Positions 30,863-40,167 of a stretch of DNA of 64,000 nt are shown piece after piece. Under the pieces are notes generated by a model. The model saw only the letters and a list, made by a program, of their open reading frames with translations. It did no database searches and was not told where the DNA came from. The stretch comes from Bacteroidales bacterium (GTDB taxonomy: Bacteria > Bacteroidota > Bacteroidia > Bacteroidales > UBA4417), in the NCBI GenBank assembly GCA_963665485.1, contig OY762227.1, positions 1,231,293-1,295,292 on the forward strand, written 5' to 3'. Each line of letters begins with the position of its first letter. The stretch's first letter is position 1. The translations under genes were made by a program, and so were the position numbers.

Positions 30863-31219
30863 TTAATATAATACTTCGTATTTACCATCGGTATCATCAA
30901 TGTACGTGTATGTCCTATATTCTAGGCATAGTTTTCTTAAAAACTCAATCCCAGTCTCTTTTACGCGAATAGGTGCAAAAAGCATTTTCCTGAATGGGTG
31001 GTATCCGGTACTTAGTCCCTGTTCAAAATTGATTCCATCATTAAATTCCGGATATAGGTTCCGATCGCAATCCACGATATTACTATCTCTCATATATCCC
31101 AATATGATATTCCTCCCTGCAAAAGGTTCATTTATAATTTTTGCTGCCTCACTAAGGCTGTATGTCAATTCCCCAGCATCATTTAATCGTCCACCTCTGT
31201 AAATCTTCTCATTACTCAT
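30863..31219 (-). CDS. Small DNA-binding protein, KilAC/antirepressor-like (tentative)
   Basis: 118 aa. LSEAAKIINEPFAGRNIILGYMRDSNIV...YPEF loosely resembles KilAC domains. Sits between the xis-like and primase-like genes. Confidence 0.3.
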   Translation of the reverse strand: MSNEKIYRGGRLNDAGELTYSLSEAAKIINEPFAGRNIILGYMRDSNIVDCDRNLYPEFNDGINFEQGLSTGYHPFRKMLFAPIRVKETGIEFLRKLCLEYRTYTYIDDTDGKYEVLY

Positions 31220-31220
31220 C

Positions 31221-31502
31221 TTAGTTCCTCCTATATTTGGTAGGCTTTACATGATGCTTTTCCAAAAAAATGTCAACATCTTGCTGACTGTAGTATATTT
31301 TACTCGCAAACTGTGAGAATGAGATCACTCCTTGATCTCTCCACGTTGCTAGCGTGCGCCTTGAAACATGAAGTAATGCCATTAAATCAGCATTATCGTA
31401 AACAGTGTTCCGTTTTTTTTCGCTGGCGGTAGCAGCGTTAAGCAAACCCTCAATCCTGGCAAGCCCTGCTTTTAACTCCATCATTTCTATGTTAATATCC
31501 AT
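31221..31502 (-). CDS. Helix-turn-helix (excisionase/MerR-like) DNA-binding protein
   Basis: 93 aa. LMALLHVSRRTLATWRDQGVISFSQFASKIYYSQQDVDIFLE is the typical Bacteroidota mobile-element HTH/Xis-like motif. Confidence 0.65.
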   Translation of the reverse strand: MDINIEMMELKAGLARIEGLLNAATASEKKRNTVYDNADLMALLHVSRRTLATWRDQGVISFSQFASKIYYSQQDVDIFLEKHHVKPTKYRRN

Positions 31503-31843
31503 ATGTCTTTATTAATTTCTATTACTTGAATAACCCTGGGCCATTAGGCCGCTAAATGCCACCACACTGGGTTGCATTTTCATTTCTGGTTGCTCCTACG
31601 GCATAATTATTCCTCCTTCCATTTGTCATTTTAAGTCAGTAATCCTTTAAATCAGTACTCTTTTTCTTTTGTTGGATTTCAGCGGGAAAGTCTGGCTGTT
31701 AGGTGTTCTTGTTGTTTTAAATAGATGTGTTAAGTTGAAACTGATAGATAAAATTGTATACTTAAATTCATTTTAAGTCACTACATAATAAGCCTTGCGA
31801 AATTAGTACAATTAATTTCAGAATGCAAATATATTTTGATTTA

Positions 31844-31939
31844 TTTTATATAAAATATCAAATTAGTTTATATTGCTAATAATAAAGTTGTTATAAAGAC
31901 ATAAAAATAATATTGGTATATAAATCAATAGCAATATAA
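31844..31939. repeat. AT-rich palindrome cluster (candidate origin or regulatory region)
   Basis: Perfect 12-bp palindrome TTTTATATAAAA (31844-31855) inside a longer imperfect palindrome. 11-bp inverted repeat TTATATTGCTA (31868-31878) / TAGCAATATAA (31929-31939). Confidence 0.5.
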
Positions 31940-32067
31940 CAAATATATACTTTAGCTAATCTTTCTTCCTTTTATATACTCCTTAAAAAACGTCATATTT
32001 GCATTGTAAATTATTGAAAATCCAAATAGGTTTACCCGTCAATCGTTTCTCAAAATTAGAAGCTTTC

Positions 32068-32742
32068 CTATGCTTTATCATTTTGTTCTGCGTTAGTTAA
32101 AACATCTACTATTTGAAGTTTGCCACAGAAAAGGTATTCTATTAAACTGTTTTCAGAAATGGTCGTATTCCAATAGTTTCTGGCAAATTGTTTGATCTTC
32201 TTTATTGGTAATATTTTCCTTCTATTTTCTGCATCCGGTTCTGATTTATATTTTATCCAAGATGAATCTGCTTTAAATATTTTTTGTGTTTCAATTATTT
32301 TCAATTTGTAAATTGGTTGCTTTAGTGTATTAAATTCATGCCATCTTTTAATCTCCTCAATATCATTAAACATATAGAAACACTCATACCTTGAAGGCAA
32401 GTAGTATTCACTATATTCAGTTTGTCTAATATATTCAAAAATAATTTCTCCGATATTTTTCGAAATAATTTCTTCAAAGTCAGTACCCACTTCATTCCTA
32501 ATTAGTTGCTCAAAGTAAGTTATCAATACCTCCAATTGTAGCTCTTCGTCAAACTTGAAGTTAATTAACCATTTATATAAGTTCTTCCCTAATTCATTCT
32601 TTTCTATAGTTTCCAAAAATGGTTCTAATGTAAAATTTGGTTTGTTGCAACTGATAATTAAATCATCTCCCACTAATTTCTTAATATTATCCAATCTATC
32701 AACATGGTAGTAAAATTCTTGTATATTTTGCATAATGGTCAT
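32068..32742 (-). CDS. Hypothetical protein (224 aa)
   Basis: Long ORF in an AT-rich region where random ORFs are unlikely. No confident family. Confidence 0.5.
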   Translation of the reverse strand: MTIMQNIQEFYYHVDRLDNIKKLVGDDLIISCNKPNFTLEPFLETIEKNELGKNLYKWLINFKFDEELQLEVLITYFEQLIRNEVGTDFEEIISKNIGEIIFEYIRQTEYSEYYLPSRYECFYMFNDIEEIKRWHEFNTLKQPIYKLKIIETQKIFKADSSWIKYKSEPDAENRRKILPIKKIKQFARNYWNTTISENSLIEYLFCGKLQIVDVLTNAEQNDKA

Positions 32743-32872
32743 TAGCTAAGCTCACATATTTATTTATTGAACATTCAAAGTTATAAAGATTTATTAAAAT
32801 AATATGTGTTATCAGTCCGGACAAATAATGCCAATAATTTCTTATGAAGCTACTCACTTGCAATTTAATTAT

Positions 32873-33217
32873 TCAGTCTTCAAACATCAATTCAGCCTGT
32901 CTTTCTCCCATAAAACATATATACTTCTCAACAAATTCCTCATCACTTGATTGAAAAACACGCACACTATTCATTCCTGTAGAGATACACCAAATGTCTT
33001 GAAGCATAAATTCTCTTTCATCCGCAATAGGGTATTTCCTTGAACTTTCTAAAATTGTATTAAGCTCTTCGATAGCTTCTTGTTTAAACCTATTATCAAA
33101 CAAATCCCATATATATTCTCCCATTTTCTTTGCAACATCTTCTTCCTGGTAGGAACCAATATAAAATCCTCCATAGTCTTGGTCTTCATAAAAAACATGA
33201 TAATGAATTTCATTCAT
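32873..33217 (-). CDS. Hypothetical acidic protein (114 aa)
   Basis: Uninterrupted ORF in AT-rich DNA with no signal peptide. Immunity-protein-like size and charge, which is speculative. Confidence 0.45.
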   Translation of the reverse strand: MNEIHYHVFYEDQDYGGFYIGSYQEEDVAKKMGEYIWDLFDNRFKQEAIEELNTILESSRKYPIADEREFMLQDIWCISTGMNSVRVFQSSDEEFVEKYICFMGERQAELMFED

Positions 33218-33443
33218 ATCTATTAAATTAAATGCCTAAAATGAATTTGTAAATCAATTCAAAGGTAGCTCATTTCTCAGATCTGGTTTGTCTTACATTT
33301 TTTTTATTCTTTGTACGTTCTATTAAAATTAACCCAGTGGAATCAAATGTAGCTTTTTTCACTATATTTACCAATTAAGTAATAGTATATAATTTGTGTT
33401 GTAATTCATCCATAAATTATATGATAATTAGAATTAATTCTCA

Positions 33444-34049
33444 ATGAAAATCTTCTTAGTTTTCCTTCCATTTTTATTAATAAGATATTCTTGTTTGGCA
33501 CAAACAAACCAGGAATATTATAATCAGGCTATTGAAAAATACAATCAACACGAGTATAAAGAAGCAATTCCACTTTTCACCTCAGTTATTAAAGTTGATA
33601 GTAATTTTGCTCTTGCTTTTTCATACCGTGGTTATGCAAAAATTGCAATTGAAGATTTTCTTGGGGCAATAGCTGATTTTGAGTATGCTATTAAATTGGA
33701 CTCAAACGATTTTTTATCTTATTACAATTGTGGCAACACTAGGCTTCGTATTTTTGACTATAAAGGCTCTATCAATGATTTTTCCATGGCAATTAAGTTA
33801 AATCCTCGATTTGCTCAAGCATATAACAATAGGGGTATGTCGCAAGGTTATCTTGAGCAATTCCCTGAAGCACTTTCTGATTTTGAATTGGCAATTAAAT
33901 ATGACTCGACTAATTCAGAAGCTTATTTTAATCGTGGTGTTGCTAAAATTCAATTAAAACAGTTAGAAAGCGGCTGTGCTGATCTTCATAAATCTTTAGA
34001 ACTTGGCAATTCAATTGCATCAGAAGAAATATCCAAATACTGTGAATAA
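33444..34049 (+). CDS. Secreted TPR-repeat protein
   Basis: Signal peptide, then repeated A..Y.RG.A......A..DF..AI.LD motifs (about 5 TPR units). Confidence 0.8.
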   Translation: MKIFLVFLPFLLIRYSCLAQTNQEYYNQAIEKYNQHEYKEAIPLFTSVIKVDSNFALAFSYRGYAKIAIEDFLGAIADFEYAIKLDSNDFLSYYNCGNTRLRIFDYKGSINDFSMAIKLNPRFAQAYNNRGMSQGYLEQFPEALSDFELAIKYDSTNSEAYFNRGVAKIQLKQLESGCADLHKSLELGNSIASEEISKYCE

Positions 34050-34178
34050 TATCTAAGACTACAATCATAGGCATTTTTTCTGAATCACTTTTCATTTAAT
34101 CTTACTTCAGAAAAAAGTATAATCTCATTAGACAAGAAGCAATCAACACAGATAATTATTTCCCAATTTCACATTTAT

Positions 34179-36674
34179 ATGAAACCACGATATTTTTTAC
34201 TCTTCTTGACTTTACTAATTTCTAATTGCAGTTTTGGTCAAAAACTCACTCTAAGTGATTTAACAAACCTTTGCAGCAAACAAAATTGGGAACAAGTTAA
34301 TCAAACTTTACAGTCAAAAGGATGGTCATACTATGATTCCAAAAAAGGTGATACTTACGAGTATAGTACAATAGCGTGGTCATTTGCTAAGTCTGTATAC
34401 GATGATCAGGCACAAGGCTGGTTCCATTTATTCACTTATGAAGAATTTCCCAGTAAATTAGTGTATAATATTTTCAATAAGGAATCATACAATCTTATAA
34501 AGAACTCATTGGTGACAAATGGTTTTAAGTTGATTAACAATGAGATAGGTGACAATGAACTAATTACTACCTATTCAAATTCGGGTTATACACTTTCTAT
34601 TACAACAAGTAAAATTAAAGACAGTGACTTTTCAGATAATAGTGTCACTAGCTATTCAATTTCTCTGATAAAAAAGTCCGGTATTTATGACTCAGATAAT
34701 GGTAAAAAGACCGAAGTCCTCGACGATGGCACAACAGTTGAATATACACTTAAAGATGGGAAGTTAAATGGTGCTTTCAAATCGTTTCATGAAAATAATA
34801 ACGTAAAACGCACTGGTTTTTTCATCAATGGTATCGAAAATGGATTATTTAAGGAATTCGATGAGAATAACCATCTCACCGCAGAATACTCAAAAAAAGA
34901 TGGCGAGTATAATGGCCCCTTGAAAACCTTCTATCCAAATAATCAACTAAAGAAAAAGGGCACATACCTCAAAGGGGTAGAAAATGGAAATTTCGTTGAA
35001 TATGCTATAGATGGAAGTATACAGGTTGAATACTCAATGCTTAATGGAGAAAACAATGGTCTATTTAAATTCTATGAAAATCAGAAATTATCTTATTCGT
35101 TAACCTACGTTAATGGTATTTTAAATGGGCCAAAAACTGAATATTACTATAGTCAAGAAGATGGTCATCTAATTCTTAAACAATATGGTGATTTTGTAAA
35201 TGACAATAAAAATGGCATATGGAAATTCTATATAATTGAAAATAATAAAGAGCGTCTTTTAAGTCAGATCACTTATTTAGATGGTCTTAAACATGGTAAA
35301 TTTCAGGATGTTCAGGGCGATAGTTTAGTCTTTGGAAACTACAAAAACGAAAAACTAAATGGCCCATATAAAGTATATCTTGATTTTGCCAGGATGCTAA
35401 CTGGGGGTATCATTCGAACAGATACATCCAATCTGACTTTGATTTGTGAAGGTAATTACATAGATGGCCTAAAATCTGGCTATTGGAAAAACTATGATAT
35501 TACTGGTACTTTAATAAATGAAGGCCCATATTCAACAGATCTTAAAACTGGTACATGGCGTTATTATTATACCAACTATAGTGATGGCAAGAATGGCAGA
35601 CTACCTTATTCAGGAAAACTTTACTTGTCTGAAAACTATTCAAATGGCAAATTGAATGGCAACTCCACAAGATATTCCTATATTTATAAAGAGAAATACC
35701 TCTGTTCAAAATCGGAAAATAACTCTAAGCCTGTTGATTCATGTACACGTCTTAATTTTACTAAGATACTCGAATCTTCAAATTATCTTAACGATAAATT
35801 GAATGGTGCTTATGAAATCAGGGATTCGTTGAATCTGGTTCTTAATAAAGGGAATTATGCAAATGATATTAAATCAGGTGAATGGTTCGAAAGGTTTTAT
35901 GATACAGATATTGATAATCAACCATATTTTATTTATTATAAAGGCACTTATCTGGATGGCAAGAAAACAGGCAGGTGGATAAAATACTATACAGAAGGTG
36001 ACATAGCAGAAACATTCACATACAAAGACGGTAAATTAAACGGTGAATGTGTTGAATTTAATAGTTTCAATAAACCGCGTAAAGTCAAACAATTTTTATC
36101 TGGTGTCTTACAAACATTTATTGTTTACGATAGTTTGGGCAATAATCCCATTCGCAAATTTGAAATATATGATATAAAACCCAATGGTTACAAATGTAAA
36201 AGAATAGATTTTTTTGAAGAGGGATCTGTATCACAGGAATATTGGCTAATTGAGGATGGTGTAATAAATGACCAACTTTTTGATATTGTATTTTATCTCA
36301 AAGCAGGTAAATCATCTGATGGAAGTAACGGATACAGAGATGGAGATTTTAAACACTTAAATTTAAAAAGTGAACCAATAACCACAGGCAAATACTTAAA
36401 GGATAATAAGATAGGACTATGGTCTTATTATTTCTACGATCAGAATGTGAAAATACAATCAAACTATGTGGATGGGGTAAAGCAAGATGAAAAGTATCTT
36501 ACACTAAATAATCAGCCGTTCTCAGGTGAATTCACATACAATGATGAACAACAAAATATTAAGGAAATCAGGAAAATTAAAAATGGATTGCGCAATGGTA
36601 AAACTCAATACATTGATAATAAGACGAATAACTCCATAAAAAAGGAAAATTATAAAGAAGGAATATTAGATTAG
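34179..36674 (+). CDS. Large lipoprotein with MORN-variant / YwqK-type repeats
   Basis: Lipobox LLISNC. More than 15 repeats of the pattern Y.dGKLNG....Y..NG.l...G.Y..G...G.W..Y. Confidence 0.75.
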   Translation: MKPRYFLLFLTLLISNCSFGQKLTLSDLTNLCSKQNWEQVNQTLQSKGWSYYDSKKGDTYEYSTIAWSFAKSVYDDQAQGWFHLFTYEEFPSKLVYNIFNKESYNLIKNSLVTNGFKLINNEIGDNELITTYSNSGYTLSITTSKIKDSDFSDNSVTSYSISLIKKSGIYDSDNGKKTEVLDDGTTVEYTLKDGKLNGAFKSFHENNNVKRTGFFINGIENGLFKEFDENNHLTAEYSKKDGEYNGPLKTFYPNNQLKKKGTYLKGVENGNFVEYAIDGSIQVEYSMLNGENNGLFKFYENQKLSYSLTYVNGILNGPKTEYYYSQEDGHLILKQYGDFVNDNKNGIWKFYIIENNKERLLSQITYLDGLKHGKFQDVQGDSLVFGNYKNEKLNGPYKVYLDFARMLTGGIIRTDTSNLTLICEGNYIDGLKSGYWKNYDITGTLINEGPYSTDLKTGTWRYYYTNYSDGKNGRLPYSGKLYLSENYSNGKLNGNSTRYSYIYKEKYLCSKSENNSKPVDSCTRLNFTKILESSNYLNDKLNGAYEIRDSLNLVLNKGNYANDIKSGEWFERFYDTDIDNQPYFIYYKGTYLDGKKTGRWIKYYTEGDIAETFTYKDGKLNGECVEFNSFNKPRKVKQFLSGVLQTFIVYDSLGNNPIRKFEIYDIKPNGYKCKRIDFFEEGSVSQEYWLIEDGVINDQLFDIVFYLKAGKSSDGSNGYRDGDFKHLNLKSEPITTGKYLKDNKIGLWSYYFYDQNVKIQSNYVDGVKQDEKYLTLNNQPFSGEFTYNDEQQNIKEIRKIKNGLRNGKTQYIDNKTNNSIKKENYKEGILD

Positions 36675-36693
36675 TTTTAACCAGATAAGTATT

Positions 36694-37125
36694 ATGTATA
36701 AAACTTTGCAATTTCTACTTTTAGGATTTTCCCTTTTTGTTATTTCATGTAGCAATAGTTCCTCCAATTCCTCATCCTCAGCCTCATCCAATAGTGATGC
36801 TAATGAATCGGCTAATAATCAAAACACCGCTTCAGAAACATCTCATAATCAAAACTCTGAAGAAATAAACACTAATAACTCAGAATGTAAATTTGAAGAC
36901 GGTACATATTCTGCTACTGTTGAATATAATAATCCTGAAACAGGATACTCAGCTACCTATACATTGGATGTTGAAGTTCAAGACTGTCAGGTAATTCAAA
37001 TTAATTTCCCTAACGATGGTTATCTGGATGAAGATCACATTACAGCCGGTGATATAGATGAAGATGGGAATGCATCTGTTGATGGAGAAAATGGTAAGAC
37101 TTATGAAATTCAAATTGAACAATAA
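36694..37125 (+). CDS. Small lipoprotein with Ser/Asn-rich linker
   Basis: Lipobox LFVISC followed by SNSSSNSSSSASSNS and an acidic C-terminal domain. Confidence 0.6.
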   Translation: MYKTLQFLLLGFSLFVISCSNSSSNSSSSASSNSDANESANNQNTASETSHNQNSEEINTNNSECKFEDGTYSATVEYNNPETGYSATYTLDVEVQDCQVIQINFPNDGYLDEDHITAGDIDEDGNASVDGENGKTYEIQIEQ

Positions 37126-37190
37126 TTCCGCGGCCCGTCTCCTTCAAGCAACTAATTCCGGCAATAATACAATTTTCTAACTTGAATAAA

Positions 37191-38405
37191 ATGAAAACAA
37201 AACTTAACCATTACCAATTTATATTTTTGATCGTTTGTACTGTTAGCCTTATTTCATGTAATAATTATGATAAAATAGTTCTGTATCCTGTTTCAAACGA
37301 AACTGGTAAATATGGATTTATTGATAGTACCGGCAAATTAATAATTGATTACAAATTTGACTATGCTCACAATTTTTTTGATACCCGCGCATTAGTTTTA
37401 TTTAATAATCAAGAGTATTACATTGATAAAAATGGAAAGCCATTGTTCAAGGCTTCAATAGTTTATGTACCTTGGAGCTTGGATAGTCCTGGTGATTACG
37501 ATAAATTTTTAAAATCAACTTCTAAGGAAAAATTTATTAATGTTCCAAAAGAATATTTCTTTTCTGAAAAACTTGCTGCATTTTTTGACACAACAACTCA
37601 GGCAATGGGTTTCATTAACACAGATGGGAAATTTGCTATCAATCCTAAGTTTTCAAAAGTAAATAGCTTTCATGGTGGATTAGCCTCCGTTATTTTAAAA
37701 GATAGTGCGTCAAAAGGTGCTCAAAAATACGGTTATATCAATCCAACTGGTACTTTTGTAATACTCCCCAAATTTGAAAGTGCAACAGACTTTTCAAACA
37801 ATAGAGCATTTGTAGAAATTGAATCTAATAATAAGAGGACAAGTGATGGTCAATATGTAATTGGCTCTGATTGTTATATAATTAACAAGGAAGGCCAAAC
37901 ACTCTCACCAAATTTAAAGAATGTCCAAATGTGGTATTTTTCAGCAGATGGCCTTTTCCTCGCACATAATTTCGTGATGAATATACTAACAAGTAAAGGT
38001 TTTTATTATTTAGATTCTCTAAATAATCATTTTCCAGTAATCAATAATGAAGAAATCTTTTTTTCTGATGCAACTCATTTTAAAGATGGTATTGCTGGTG
38101 TTTACGTTAATGGGAAATGGTATATTATTGATAAATATTTGAAACAAGTGTCTGAAATTACTTTTGACAATGTAATGCTTTCAAACGAAGGATTAATTCC
38201 TGTAAAGAAGAATAATAAATGGAAATATTTAAATTCTAAGGGCTCATTTCCTTTCAATTTAGAGTTTGATAGCTGTAGCCCATTCAAAAATGGTTTAGCT
38301 TATGTTGAAAATTACAACAACCAATCAACAATCAAAGGATACATTAACAAGAAAGGGAAATATGTTTGGCAAAATTTAATGGCTAATAATAGAGTAAAAC
38401 TGTGA
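37191..38405 (+). CDS. WG-repeat (KWG-type) lipoprotein
   Basis: Lipobox SLISC. Repeated GKYGFID..GK..I..KF motifs. Confidence 0.75.
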   Translation: MKTKLNHYQFIFLIVCTVSLISCNNYDKIVLYPVSNETGKYGFIDSTGKLIIDYKFDYAHNFFDTRALVLFNNQEYYIDKNGKPLFKASIVYVPWSLDSPGDYDKFLKSTSKEKFINVPKEYFFSEKLAAFFDTTTQAMGFINTDGKFAINPKFSKVNSFHGGLASVILKDSASKGAQKYGYINPTGTFVILPKFESATDFSNNRAFVEIESNNKRTSDGQYVIGSDCYIINKEGQTLSPNLKNVQMWYFSADGLFLAHNFVMNILTSKGFYYLDSLNNHFPVINNEEIFFSDATHFKDGIAGVYVNGKWYIIDKYLKQVSEITFDNVMLSNEGLIPVKKNNKWKYLNSKGSFPFNLEFDSCSPFKNGLAYVENYNNQSTIKGYINKKGKYVWQNLMANNRVKL

Positions 38406-38478
38406 TCTTTTATCATATATCAATAACCCAATTAAATAATCTTCAGCAATTTTTACACCCAAATAAATTAAGTTTAAC

Positions 38479-39597
38479 ATGAAGAAACAATTTTCCGCTA
38501 TCGTATTTATTGCAGGCGTTATTTTCTGTGTTATCGGTAGTTACATAGGCTATAATTACTCAAAAGGCATTTTAAATTCTGATCAGGTAATTCTTGATAA
38601 GCGCATTAATGAGTTGTTTCATGAAAAAAATGTTATTCAAGATGGATATTCTGAGGTACTAAGTGGTCTTGAGACAAAAACAGGTTACAGTATTTTTTCT
38701 GGAGGATTTATAATCTATAAGCTCTCAAAAGAAAGCGATGGCTTTGTAAAATCAGAGATCTCTCCAAAGAACATTATTTGGCTTAAAGGCAAATATGAAA
38801 ACCAGGTTTTTGGCGGTTATAGTTATAATATGCCTACATATCGTCCTACCCCCGTCGAAGCATACCAAAGGACTTTAAAGTACTTGCTTTTCGGTACAGA
38901 AAAAGAACCAAATCATTCATACACTAGAGAAACATTTACAGAGATAAAAAACTTTCCCGGTAGCTTTTCTACTGAATATCATAATATTATTCAATCCGAG
39001 CATCCAACTGAACTATATATTACTCGTAATGTCGGTTGGGAACAATCTAACGATTCTTATAAAATTTCTTACAATGAAAAACAAGAATTTTTTACCTTAA
39101 TGGAGATTAAATCGAATGTAGCTAATTTAATATTTAAGAATATTGCTTTTGGTTTAGGTGGCGGTTTAATTTTAACCATCATTCTTTTATTTATATTACG
39201 ATTATTTATTCAAAGTGCTGGCATAAGTGAACCTATTTTTCAAAAGAAATGGAAGAACATTGAAACTAATTCAATTATGATTATTGAACCAAAACTATTC
39301 GGTAAAAACGAAGTTACAATCGTAGAAGGAGAAAAAATCAAAAGAGGTATAGCAAAATTTACAGATAAAGGATTCAGCATACATTTATCTTTCCCCGATT
39401 CAGAATTTTTTTACAGATTCAAACGTCTTTTGTCACAAAAACTTGAATTGGAAAATCTAACCACAAATCAATTAACTAAATTTGAATTGCTAGGAAGTAA
39501 TGCATATAAAGAAACTAACCTTGAAAATGAAATCACAAACGAAACAATTGTAAATTCCGGTATTCAACAAGAACCAAGTACAAGTTTAAATACATAA
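38479..39597 (+). CDS. Membrane protein, function unknown (372 aa)
   Basis: N-terminal TM helix (AIVFIAGVIFCVIGSYIGY) and a second TM helix (FGLGGGLILTIILLFILRLF). Confidence 0.55.
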   Translation: MKKQFSAIVFIAGVIFCVIGSYIGYNYSKGILNSDQVILDKRINELFHEKNVIQDGYSEVLSGLETKTGYSIFSGGFIIYKLSKESDGFVKSEISPKNIIWLKGKYENQVFGGYSYNMPTYRPTPVEAYQRTLKYLLFGTEKEPNHSYTRETFTEIKNFPGSFSTEYHNIIQSEHPTELYITRNVGWEQSNDSYKISYNEKQEFFTLMEIKSNVANLIFKNIAFGLGGGLILTIILLFILRLFIQSAGISEPIFQKKWKNIETNSIMIIEPKLFGKNEVTIVEGEKIKRGIAKFTDKGFSIHLSFPDSEFFYRFKRLLSQKLELENLTTNQLTKFELLGSNAYKETNLENEITNETIVNSGIQQEPSTSLNT

Positions 39598-40167
39598 TTT
39601 GTTATCTACAGTCACTTTCTCATTTTATTCTTCACTAAATAATCTTATACTTACTGCCAACCCCTACTGTCGCTTGTTTGTTCTGCTGTCAGTATAATCC
39701 TCCCGTTTACACACTTCTGGATTTCATGACGGTGTTGGCTAATCACTTAAATACATTGTTATATTTCACTAATTTACAATCATTTAACTGCATTTATAAC
39801 AACACAACATACAAACTCTAACCGCCATTGTTATAATATAATGCCCAAATAATTTGTTTAGGCATAATTTTGGGATTACCTTTACAGTGCCCTCACGCGC
39901 GATTAAAAAATGTTCATATATCTTCTAGCAAGTCCTGTTTAACAGGTAATGTTTAGCAATTCCATTATCATCCAGGTACAGGTAATAATACAACGGGCAA
40001 TTGTAGTTGATTCAGGTAAAGCAGTTAACTAATCAACAGGACAAGCAAAGTATATTTCTTAGGGTATCAGGTGATAAAGCCCACCAATTTCAGCCCCCAA
40101 TGAATAGCTATGCCCTATTATTAAATTCATCCGCCTTTGTAATTGCGTTTATAGGCAGTAGTTGTTT

